This document shows, piece by piece, positions 52,779-64,000 of a stretch of DNA of 64,000 nt (positions within the stretch are counted from its first letter, which is position 1; the number at the start of each line of letters is the position of its first letter). Location: positions 23,066,001 to 23,130,000 of the forward strand of contig NC_045696.1 of NCBI RefSeq assembly GCF_009834535.1. Direction: 5' to 3'. Source of the stretch: Camelus ferus. Lineage: Eukaryota. Both the position numbers and the translations under genes were made by a program. The notes beneath the pieces were generated by a model, which worked only from the letters and a program-made list of their open reading frames with translations, was not told the origin of the DNA and did not search any database.

Positions 52779-53921
52779 GAACAATTTCTAACTATGAAAA
52801 GAAATGAGTGAAGAATCACATATGGAAGGAATAAGAGATCAAAATTTGGCTATGTAGTTCTGTGTATCATACGGCCTTTTAATTTTTTTTTTTTTAATTT
52901 CAACTAGCTGTAAATTACCCAGAATTAAGTGACAATAAGGAAGTTTTCCAAAAATGCTTGGGCCCTAAAGAAATAAATTCTTTGTTCACATGTGAAGTAA
53001 CCTGTGTGTATTTCAGTAACTAACTAATGAATAGAAACTCAGAACGTGATTTTCAATCTGCATTTTCATGTGACTTTCCTGAAGATGATCAAGGTCAATT
53101 TTGAAGTTGCCATGACATCCAATTTTGAGTATCTACTCTGTGCAAGACATTATTTATAATGGGTAAAGCATGGTCTCTGATTACCAAAAGTGCTTCATGA
53201 ATGTTGGTGGACTGTTACACATATTTCTCAGTAACAGTATTTCATAGAATACGTTATAAAGAAAGAAACTAGCAAAGACTTGCTGAGACACAGAGAAAAG
53301 AGGAATCATCTGCGTGACCTCACAGAGGCTTGGATAAATAGTTGTCTACCAAGGAGAAAATAAGGGAAGGTATCAGGGAAGTAGAGTTGTTTAAAGACAG
53401 CGGAGGATTCTGATGGGTAGTGACTGGCACATAAAGGAGAAAGGTAATTTGGGGAAGAGAAAAAGCCTAAGCAAAGCCATGGGATAGAAAATGACAGGAC
53501 TGTTTTGATTCTATAATTCAAGTGAGAGGTCAGGGAGCTCTAGCGGTGAAATTTCATGGAGTGATAGGATGTGAACAAGCCAATCTGGGGCTTAAAAAGC
53601 CTTGGATCTCCCAGAAAATTGTGTTGCAAATAAATGCTAACCCCGCTCACATTTAAGGCCAATTCTATTAAATGTCGCTCAATACATTTCTGTCCCTAAA
53701 TTCAGTATATATTCATAAAACCTGAAATATGAAATCGCATCTTAGTTGTCCACTGCAAAGTGGTACAAGCAAATTCTAAAGATTCTGGATCTTAAAATAT
53801 GTCCTGAGTGCATTGTTTTCTAAGTAGTCAATTACTATTCATTGCCCACTTCTAAAAGATCAATAATTCAGATTGCCCAATAGGTTCCTAGCCCAGTATC
53901 AAGCTGTTCATCTAAGAGGTA

Positions 53922-55191
53922 ATAGGGTCTTGCCTTATGTTTAAGTCTTTAAAGCTCTTAGAAGAAAACATATGCAAAACATTATCTGACATAAATCTTA
54001 GCAATGTTCTCCTAGGGCAGTCTACCTAGGCAATAGAAATAAAAGCAAAAATAAACAAATGGGACCTAATTCAACTTACAGGTTTTTGCACAAGGAAACC
54101 ATAAGCAAAACAAAAAGATAATCTATGGAATGGGAGAAAATATTTGCAAAACATGAGACTGATAAGGGTTTCATTTCCAGAATATATTTTAATAGCTTAT
54201 ACAATTTAATACGAAAAAAACCAAACAACCCAATCTAAAAATGGGCAGAAGACCTAAACAAGCAATTCTCCAATGAAGATATACAAATGGCCAATAGGCA
54301 CATGAAAAAATGCTCAATATTGCTAATTATCAGAGAAATGCAAATCAAAGCTACAATGAGGTATCACCTCATACCAGTCAGAATGGCTATCATTCAAAAG
54401 TCCATGAACAATAAATGCTGGAGAGGATGTAGAGAAAAGAGAACCCTCCTATACTGTTGGTGGGAATGTAGTTTGGTGGAGCTGTTATGAAAACAGTATG
54501 CAGATTCTTCAAAAGACTAAAAATAGATATACCATATGATCCAGCAGCCCACTCCTGGGCATATATCCAGAGGGAATCTTAATTCAAAAAGAGCCATGCA
54601 CCCCAATGTTCACAGCAGCACTATTTACAATAGTCAAGACATGGAAACAACTTAAATGTCCATCAACAGATGACTGGCTAAAGAAGTCATGGTATATTTA
54701 TACAATGGAATGCTACTCAGCCATAAAAAACAATAAAATGCCATTTGCAGCAACATGCATGAAACTGGAGACCGTGATTCTAAGTGAAGTAAGCCAAAAA
54801 AAGTAAGAAAACACCATATGATATCACTTATATGTGGAATCAAAAAAAAGAAGACAAATGAACTTACTTACAAAACAGAAACAGACTCATAAACACAGAA
54901 AACAAACTTATGGTTGCCATGGGGGGAAGCAGGTGGGAAGGGATAAATCGGGAGTTTGAGACTTGCAGGTACTAACTAATATATATAAAATAGATAAATA
55001 AGTTCATACTGTGTAACACAGAGAACTGTGTTCAATATCTTGCAGTAACTTATGGCAAAAAAGAACATGAAAACGAATGTATGTATGTTCATGTATGACT
55101 GAAGCATTCTGCTATACACCAGAAATTGACACAACATAGTAAACTGACTGTACTTCAATCAACCAACCAACCAACCAATCAATCAATCAAT
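53922..55191 (+). mobile_element. Young 5'-truncated, 5'-inverted LINE-1 with ORF2 C-terminus and a (CAAC/CAAT)n tail
   Basis: ORFs 54287..54490 ([18 protein letters not shown], the ORF2 Cys-rich motif) and 54606..54806 (FTAALFTIVKTWKQLKCPSTDDW, ORF2 C-terminus). Bases 53922-53952 are inverted L1 sequence. Confidence 0.95.
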
Positions 55192-55199
55192 ATACTGAA

Positions 55200-55430
55200 A
55201 AAAAGAATGCTATATAAATGGAATCATATATGGCATGTAAATATTTGAGATTGATTTTTCTTATTCTATATAATCTTCTGGAGAAAATTATCCAGATTGT
55301 GGGTGCATAAACAGATTGTTCTTTTTTTAATTGCTCTGTTGTTTTCCTTAGTGTGAGTATACTACTTTGTTTATACATTCATATGTTGTAGGTGGCTAAT
55401 TTGTGGCTGTTACAAAAAAGCGGCTACAAA
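55200..55430 (-). mobile_element. Old L1M fragment
   Basis: tatataaatggaatcatata...ttatccagattgtgggtgcataaacagattgttcttttttaattgct...gctacaaacat. Confidence 0.5.
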
Positions 55431-56245
55431 CATGAAAAAATAAGCTGTTCACTGAGGTTTTACAAAATTGAAAATCTCTTTGTTAATTGGATATGGATTT
55501 CATTTTAGCAGCAATTGCTAAGATATTTTAGCAACATATGTTTTGTAAAACAGTAGTCCCAGAATATGTTATTTGGTTGGATATGAAAAAGTATTTTCTT
55601 AGCAAATAAGTTTGGTAAACATTCGATTAAGGATGGTTAATCATTTTTCTTTGCTGCAGAAGTTATCAGAACCTTGAAAATGTTGAGAAATATGTCATTT
55701 AAAAGAAGAGAGGTAAGATGCACTGTCACACAAATCCATACAAATCTAGTGATACAAGTGTTCTACATTTGAAAACTTCACCAGATGCATATCCTCTTCA
55801 CCTCATTTTAAGTCTATCATCCAGTCGATGGAATGGCTTATTGAAATGTCTATGAGAAAAGAGGAATTTTTCCAAAACAATTTGATTTCTGATGCCTGTA
55901 GTTATTGTAATTTCAACTGTTTAAATTAATAATATCTATTGGAAAATGTTCTCTCTTTAGGAAAATGTCTCTTCTTTTAAAGTAGAAATTAGTGGGGAAA
56001 ATCATGAACAGATAAGTCCTTTCCTGCCTCCCTCTTTGGGAGAAAGCTATTTTATTAATGAGAAATCTGAATTTTATTCATCTTATAACATGGTTAAATC
56101 ATTTGAGATGGTCACTTAAATGATGATGTTGACATTAAAACTAAAGAAACACTGCAATAGAAAATCAAGAACAGGAGCCACTAGATAAATTTCAAAGACA
56201 TTAAAAGATAAGAAATGGAGTAGCTGTTTGAAAATATGTAGGTAC

Positions 56246-56579
56246 TGTGAAAATAAATGTAAGAAACTTCATTTAAAATTGAGCTGGGAAGCCTTAAAGG
56301 GGGAGCTCTAATGCACTCACCCCAGCCTACAGCCCAGCAGGAAGAAAGATTTCCTCCTGACCCAGCAGCAGCAAGCTGACCCTCACCTGTAGCCAATGAA
56401 GAACAGCCTCCCCAGTTTCCTCCTCTCCTCTATGAAAGCCAGTCCCTCTTTAATTTCTCCAGACTTGAGTATGGTTCCCCACACTTTGCTTGTCCTGAAT
56501 TGCAATTCTCTTGCTGTTCCCGAATAAATAAACTCATTTTGCTGGTAAAATAACAGTCAACAATGTTTTAAGATCAGCA
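56246..56579 (+). mobile_element. ERV (class I-like) solo LTR
   Basis: TG...CA ends (tgtgaaaat...agatcagca). Contains CCAAT (agccaatga), TATA-like ctatgaaa and AATAAA near 56523. Flanks gtac/ttac fit a degenerate 4-bp TSD. Confidence 0.75.
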
Positions 56580-57669
56580 TTACTTCACAGAACTCTAGGT
56601 CCTATCACAAGCCAGCCATAACGTGTTATACCCATAAAACATGATTTTATAACACCAATACTTTGGAACTGTTTAGTAATTTCAGATATTTGGGTCTAAA
56701 AAGAGTGGGGTTTTCTATGCAGATCCTATTATGGTTCTGCAGCCTGAGAAGTACAAGCATGTGAATGTCCAGCATTAGTGTCTGGATCAGTAGAAAGGTT
56801 GATACTCAACCAAAAACATTAATATGTCAAAATTCCTTCCACAATACCAATGTATAGTCATCAGGTTTCATTGAGAACTATATATTTTGTGACTGTAGTA
56901 GGGATTGAGGTTAAAGCTATTTATCATAGCTGCCATTATATTTCTTAATCATACATATGTTAATTAAGGGTTTTTTTGTACTTTAATTAGGCTACATACA
57001 TAACTATAATTATTTTTTGTTTATAGCCACCTCAATTAACAAAAAACGAGATTATCCTTTCTCAAGTGTTTGCTCAGAATTGCCAAACATATGGCAGACA
57101 CTATATAGCCATCAAAACAAAGCATAATGCATACTTTAATACAATTTTTTTTTGATTGGAGGGATTTACCAGTATACAGAAAACAAACAAAAAACCCACA
57201 GCTTTCTTCTATAATCAGGTTCCCACAAACAAATGATAATTTTCTTAATTGGGATGCCTACTCTATCTAGAAAGTGAAATGTTATAGAATATCTGAGTCT
57301 TGAGGCTAATGCAGGATTTGATTATTCTTGCTTCTGCTAAGAATGCATCTAATGTCACTCCAACTATCTCCAGGTTGCTCTTTCATTTTTCTTTCTATTT
57401 TAGTAATCTTCAGTCCACAATACCAAGCAAACTCATGAGGAAAAAAATATTATTTGTCTTAGTATCTAGTAATTCTTTCAGTAAAAGTTTGATGGTCAGA
57501 ATGGAATAGTACTTTATTTCAAAATCTTGGAATTCTTAGATAGACTTAAAGTAATACTGGTTAGAATACAGAAATAATAGGTCTGTTAAAGCAAAGTGAG
57601 GCCTTTTCCCTTCTCCAAGTAATGATGTTTGCTTCTTGCCCCCTACTCCTTTCCTTGAAAGGTAAGTGC

Positions 57670-58062
57670 ACGCCTGGTGTTGCGGCCACACTAATGAAGG
57701 AAACAGCCTTCTGTTCCTCTTGCCTGGATCTCTCCCAGATACGTGCATGACTAGCACCTCACATTTTCTAAGATTTTACTCCAGAGTTACCTCCTCACGG
57801 AGGCCCTCATTACCTACAATTTCTATCCCACTCCTGACATTTTTACACTCCTGCTTTCCTGCTTTTTTTTCTTATTTATCATTTTTCATTATTTAATATA
57901 CCACGTACTTTACCTACTTATATTGTTCATTACCCGCTTTCATCATTAAAATGTAGACTCCATGACCGCAGGGGGTCTCGCCCTTTCTTTTTAGTTCTGC
58001 ATTGCCAGCTCCCAGGAAAGTACCTGGCACATAATAGGTGCTCAATAAATTAAATGAATGAA
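57670..58062 (+). mobile_element. L2a 3' end
   Basis: gttcctcttgcctgga...gttacctcctcacggaggccctc...aatgtagactccatga...gtacctggcacataataggtgctcaataaattaaatgaatgaa. Confidence 0.85.
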
Positions 58063-58831
58063 ACACCATCATCATAAAAAAATCTTTTCTATGAACACAG
58101 ATAATTCTACCAGTGAGTGCACTTTGTCAAATAATTACCTTCTCAAAATCCTTTAATAGTTCAACAATGATTAAATGCTAACATAGCAGATGGATTTCTA
58201 CTGAAAAATTAATAAAATGTAATAAAATATGTAATGTGATGTACAAATATTCATGCAACACATGAAAACCAAAAATTGCCTTAAAAATAAAACAAGATGA
58301 ATATTAGATGGAAATATTAACAGTCAATATCTATACTAATTTAATCAAAGTTTTATAACACAGACCCATCTTACTTTTTCCCCAACATCTCTGTAAGTCC
58401 CAGTGAGTACATTCATGTTGGCCAGATCTAGTCATTTCATTGTTTATCCAGGTTTTATACTAACTTGTTATTTTTTTATGTCTCTTGTTTTCCAACTTGA
58501 TTGTAAGCTCCAAGAAGGCAAGATCATGGTTTGTACAACAGTGATCCTATAGCACGAAACCTAGGAATAAATGCATGGCCAACCCTTATTACATATGTGT
58601 GGACTATTGGTTGATTGATTCGCATGTGGTAGCATATATGCTATCTGCAGGTGTAAGAATAGATCTCTGCTACCTTAAAGTCAAATCAGCTCTTTAGGAT
58701 GACACTCAGATAATGAGCAAAAGAGATTATTAGCATAGTAAACCCTTATTCCACATTCATATGCTTCTGAGTATGGTGAGCAGTTCTAACTTAAAAGTGG
58801 AAAGAAAAGTCACACTTATACAAAGGATATA

Positions 58832-58835
<4 letters not shown>

Positions 58836-58873
<38 letters not shown>
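58836..58873. repeat. (TA)n microsatellite
   Basis: Direct reading. Confidence 0.95.
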
Positions 58874-58875
<2 letters not shown>

Positions 58876-61800
58876 GTACTATATTGTACTGTCCTTCGAA
58901 GATATTTTCAAAGTTTTTTTTTTTTTTACATATATCAGCTGTCAAAAATTCGGGAAAATGGCATGCAATTTTATTAATATTTTCACAATACTATAGCTTA
59001 TTTAAGCAAGGTTTTAAGTATAACATTTTGGTTATTTCTAATTGTTTTATTATAATTAAGTGTGCATTAAATGTACCCTAACCTAAATTTCTGTGTGATG
59101 ATCATATTATGAAAAAAATTCAGATATTTTTTACTTAAAGTACACCTTCAAAGAAAGATGATCATTACTACCCTGTTTCAACCCATACTCTGAGGCTTGC
59201 TCAAAATTTGGAACTCATATTTATAAATTAAGATTTGACTTATTTAGGGAATTTTCATGGTAGTATTAAGTTTGTGCATTTGTTTGTTTGTATTTTTTTT
59301 CTATTTATTGAATGCCTCCCATTCTTAGGCTGGGACTTTCAGAAGGCCAGTGAGTCAGCACTTGGGATGTCTGTGGTACAGTTTAAATATGCGATTATGT
59401 TAGAACCCTAAGGGTATTTTGATTTTTTTTTTTTTTTTTTTTACTGGGAGTAAGAATCTCTATAGTAATTTAAATACATGAAATACAATGCACTTTTCCA
59501 ACAAATGATGAGTAATCATTACCAGAGGCATACGATTTTTCCCTACAGGAAAATTTGTGAAGTTTAATTCTCAAATAGCAAGAACATATAGTTACTTGAA
59601 ATAATGATATTTAATGTACTTTTATTTGGAATGGCATCATAATGGTCATAAAATGGCTGCCTTTTTTCCATTTCATTCCAAAACATGTCTCTAAGAATTA
59701 AATTTAAAACCTGAAGGAATTAAATGTACTTTCATAAATCATCTCTTTAGAAAAAAGAGTTTTTGAGAATAATCTGAATATTGTTCAGGACTGCAATATT
59801 CTGATAACCTAAGAGAGAAATCAAATTAAAATGGTAAAGACATTTATCAGCAGTGAAAATGCCACACCAAAGCACAAAAGAGAAACTAGTACAAAGGCTA
59901 CTTTTTAACCCTGATTAATTTGAAAAGAGTTTAGCAATTTAAAATATGTAAACCATCTTGAATGTTATTCAAGTAATAAGTGCCAAGTATTTAGACATTT
60001 TAAGATTTTAAGATGCTCAGCATTTTCATTGGTGTGTTTAAAATGTTCTCTTTTAATTACAGAATGCATTTTTAAAGGCTACTTGTAGAATAAATGAAGT
60101 TATATTGTCTTAGGCATTTTAAAAAAATGTAATATTCATACATGTAATTTCACTTAACACAAGTTTAATTTGGTATCTCTAATCATCACACTCGAGACAA
60201 TTTTCAAAATAAAAAAAATGTAAGTCAAACAACAAAAATATAGTGTATCTTAAAAAGACATATTGAGAAATCAAGCAAATGAAAGAAAAAATCCAGAAAA
60301 TTTCACAGAAGCAGAATTTCTTGGGATGCTACATGAAATGCAACAACTAAAAAATAAAAAGGAAAGAAAGAAGACAAATAGAGGGATGGGAAGAACAAAA
60401 ATAAGAAAACAAAACGGATTAAAATATTAATTTGTATGTATGTAACTCTAGTACTTATTATTAAAGTGCATCCCAACCATAAGGTTTAGAATAGGCTTGA
60501 TGTGTAAATACATAATGGTGAAACAGGAAGGGACGTGAAATCATTACAGACAAACGATCACTTGGAAGCTCCCTGTGTCATGAACGGGAAAGAGTATTTT
60601 AGAGGGGGAAGGTGAAGTTACAAGAGATGTCAAATTTCAGATCACATCCTTTCATTCAAGAGAGAATAATAAATCTGTCCTAGATAAACCTGCTCTCATT
60701 CTACATAGAACACAATTTAGAAAATACTTGTTTGGATACCAAAAGACCCTGTTTTAATCAGAAAGGTAGAATTTGTAATCTCACACTTTAAACAAACTCA
60801 ATAAAAACAACTTTTAGCTATACACAAAATACTTGTTGGAACACACAGGAGATAGTTTTCTTTGGTGTATCTTGATCCATCTATATGAGGGGCAAGAAAG
60901 TAGGTCCTTAAAACATAAGTTATCTATCACTTGACATTTCTTTCATGATGGACGGAAAACAGGTCCTTTACTTAAGAATTTGTATTTGCATTTCTTTAAA
61001 ATTTTAGCAGCTATATACTTATTCTCCTAGGCTAACCTTAAAACAATCATTTACAATTTATTTTTACTTCAAATTCTCATCAGTTATCCATTTACAATGT
61101 GTAGTTTTTAAAGGAATTACTTAAGAACTATTCTATAAAGGCTGTTTTAATATAAATCAATAAAAATACCATCTATACATTGTATAAATATATTTCAGAA
61201 AACTGGAATCAAAACCCTTGGTGAAACTCTATTCCTGAAAACAAATAAATTTAGTACCTATAAATTACAAATTTATCTTAAAAGGCACTTAATGAACAAA
61301 GTATGGGCACACATTACTAACTTTCTCCTAACCAAATGTTTCCAATTCTGTGTAGCCAAAGTCTTGATTTAGGGGAAAAATAATAAAAAGAACCATTCAA
61401 ATGTTCCCCACTACTATACTGTCCAGAAGTATTATCCTAAAAACATGCTAAATTTCAATTTCCAATATATAAAAAGGGTATTTCACTGTTGAAGAATTCT
61501 TTATAATTAGGGACAAAGGGTATCTGGGGAAGAGGCTCACATTTGCAAACAATAAACTTGCGGATTTTCCTGTGTTGAAACAACATCAAAGCAACCAGCC
61601 TTTTTGTTATGTGGGCGCCAAAGGTTCAAAAGCATAAGTCAAAATGTCCTCATGAGACCACCTGGCATTTATTTCTTTTAATATCTCTTGTTTGAGACAT
61701 GGCAGCAATCAGGCACGAAGCACTGCAGTGCACTCCACTTTAAGCACCCCATCTTGTAGTAATCGTTCTTTTTTAAAGAGAAGGGTCCTTAGTGACAGAA

Positions 61801-62736
61801 ATGAGCATGGTTTTAGAATAGAAAAGCCTTGCCCAAAGGGAAGCCATGTCCTCTGGACTGAAACAGATTTCAGCTTAGAAACTGGAGTTTAAATACATCC
61901 TAATTTATCTACGATTACCCTCCCAAAGTGGGATTGCTTATTAAAAATATCCATTTTAAGATGAAAGCTTTGTTGCAAATATTATTTTTAATTCATCAAA
62001 TTTCTTTTCACACTATTTAGTACAATACACTGTTTAATTTGCTAGGTATCATATGGGTTCTGTGTTCTTACCTGTATGTTCTTAGATATAAAATATTTAC
62101 AACAGTGCCTGGTTTGTATTAGGCTATTAGTTTTATTGTCATTTTTTTGACAGATGGTATCTTATTGAGAGCATTTCCATAAAAATTGAAAGGGTAAAAT
62201 CTACAATCATGTTAGATTTTCAAAAAGCTCAACTAGTGGAATGGACAGGAATCATCTAGATGCAGAAGGCATTTAATCTCTGATTATTTCTTAAGTAACG
62301 TGGGAAGATTTTTCACTTAGGACATGGAGGGGGTCTTTCCTCCAATTTTCAAGGAGTTATGAATTATGCTCTCTCATGTCTATTATCACTTCTGTCTCAT
62401 GTCTCCAATAGCTGCTATCAAGAGATAGTTAGAAAGCTCTGAAAAAGAGACTAGTCCACCTTAAATTGTACATAAATGGATTTTTCCAGTAGCTAATAGG
62501 AATCAAAGACACCAAACAAACGAAAAACCCAATTAGTGTGTTTCTAGCAATTGCACTCAGAGAGAATTTTCTGCAATTAATATATGAAATACATCAACTT
62601 CTATGCAATCAAATGGTCAATTCCATGGAAATTAGGACAAGAACTGGCATTAGACATAGAAAGAGAACCATCTGTGAACACAGAAACAAGAAAATGAAAC
62701 AAGGTTTTATATAGATATAGGAAACAGTGCTCTGGG

Positions 62737-62738
<2 letters not shown>

Positions 62739-62790
<52 letters not shown>
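62739..62790 (+). repeat. (GT)n microsatellite
   Basis: Direct reading. Confidence 0.95.
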
Positions 62791-62900
62791 CAGCAGTTCC
62801 TCGCTAAATGTTTCATTAATACTCTAAACGGAGGAATTAGTGGTAAGGATTAGGACCACACAGAGGTTATGCAGCTTTAAATTAACTGCAGTTAAAGAAC

Positions 62901-62959
62901 TTTTATGTAGGCTTAACCTATTTAGTTAAGTTAAACATAATAGTTAAGCCTACATAAAA
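62901..62959. repeat. Perfect 17-bp inverted repeat with 25-nt spacer
   Basis: ttttatgtaggcttaac (62901-62917) / gttaagcctacataaaa (62943-62959). Confidence 0.9.
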
Positions 62960-64000
62960 CTTTAAATAATGTAATCTATAGTTTTTTTTTCCCAAATAAT
63001 TTTTTTCTGATTATGTATACACATCCACCTCAATGATATTTTATATACTGCGGTTCAGAATGTTCAGACAAAGTGAAAAATTCCTCTTACAGATGCTGAT
63101 AGGACAGATGTTATTTCTGGATGGGTATGCCTCACGTGCCACAAAGAACTTCTAATTCAACAATGCTTCCACAAAAGTGTGCCTTTATGGTCTTCATCCA
63201 ACAATATTACCAAGAACAGTTTTCACTAATTAGGTTGGGGAGATTAAAGGACACATTCTCTAGGATACACACAGGTCAGTAACTTGATAAATGTAATCAC
63301 CATGAAAATGAATAGAAATCATAAATATGAATACAGAAAACACACACAGAACTATTAAAATCTCTGCAAGTGTTTTTCAAAAAAAATATTATCTGACAAG
63401 CTATCCCCCTGTGTTTGTAATGGGTAGAAGAAAACAGAAATTGGACAGAAGCCAAGAGAAAGAATATTAAGTAATAGGTGAGAGAACAATGATGTTCTAG
63501 GAAAAGTGTTTAAAACGAGTAGCAATCAGGAGCTGGAGGCAGAAGCAGAAACAGCTGCTCTGAATTGCATTCATAAGGAGGGTGTCTGATTAAGAAGCTC
63601 ATCGGACGCTGGCATCTAGAGGGAAGGAAGCCTTTGGGGTGCTGCCCCAGCCTCTCCTGTCACACGTAGGAAGGTTAACTACAACTCTTTTCTGGAAGGA
63701 ATCCTGCAACTTTCCCAAGGGAGTTAATGGCTCTTGTGCAATATTTTCAAGAGTCTGGGTCATCTGCCTGGATTGTAATTATTTACTTTTCTTTCTCCCA
63801 AACCAGAATATGAGCTTTCTCAGGGTAAGAACAGTATTTTAGTCATCTTGGTACTTCCCAAGCCTAATCACAGTACCTAAAATATTCACTCCAATTATTT
63901 CCTATTATGTGCTCAGCGAAGACCTATATACATTAATTCAGTCTCTCCCTCAGTATTTATTTCAGTATTACATTCTCTGTTCTCAGATTTATTGCAACTA

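Larger units (their letters stand above)
1..64000 (-). other. Intronic/5' region of a large, unidentified minus-strand mammalian transcription unit (probably camelid genome)
   Basis: CpG-depleted AT-rich DNA with mammalian repeats. Long L1s and LTRs are almost all on +, and intronic L1/LTRs are typically antisense to the host gene. Several minus-strand donor/acceptor pairs are present. Confidence 0.55.

Noticed and set aside
54287..54806. ORFs as host protein-coding genes
   Set aside because: They are disrupted LINE-1 ORF2 C-terminal fragments.
57659..57667. Perfect + strand donor AAG|GTAAGT
   Set aside because: No credible upstream acceptor, it abuts an L2, and single donors occur by chance.
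1..64000. Prokaryotic-type systems (CRISPR arrays, operons, defence islands, rRNA)
   Set aside because: The sequence is mammalian non-coding DNA. I saw no repeat-spacer arrays, no ORF over 123 aa and no rRNA similarity.

Overview
AT-rich, CpG-poor mammalian genomic DNA, not prokaryotic. A tRNA-Ala-derived SINE head (GGGAGGGTATAGCTCAGTGGTAGAG..GCTTAGCATGCAC) and the L1 3' ends suggest a cetartiodactyl, probably a camelid (inference from recall, not a search). I found no protein-coding gene I can name. The only ORFs I recognise are broken LINE-1 ORF2 remnants. A large share of the window is interspersed repeats (L1, L2, MIR, MaLR/ERV LTRs, hAT MITEs, microsatellites). Nearly all long L1s and all LTRs lie on the + strand. 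Together with several minus-strand splice-site pairs, this suggests the window is intronic or 5' region of a large minus-strand transcription unit. It has two candidate internal first exons/promoters (~45.1 kb and ~34 kb) and small, mostly non-coding exons (32.5 kb, 19.3 kb). The most distinctive observations are a twin-primed 5'-inverted L1, a tailless fold-back SINE with perfect TSDs, nested L1 insertions, a dense paired-class homeodomain site cluster, and a perfect NFI palindrome inside an antisense exon-like segment. I see no evidence of a new multi-gene system. Boundaries and subfamily names of old repeats are approximate and judged by eye.
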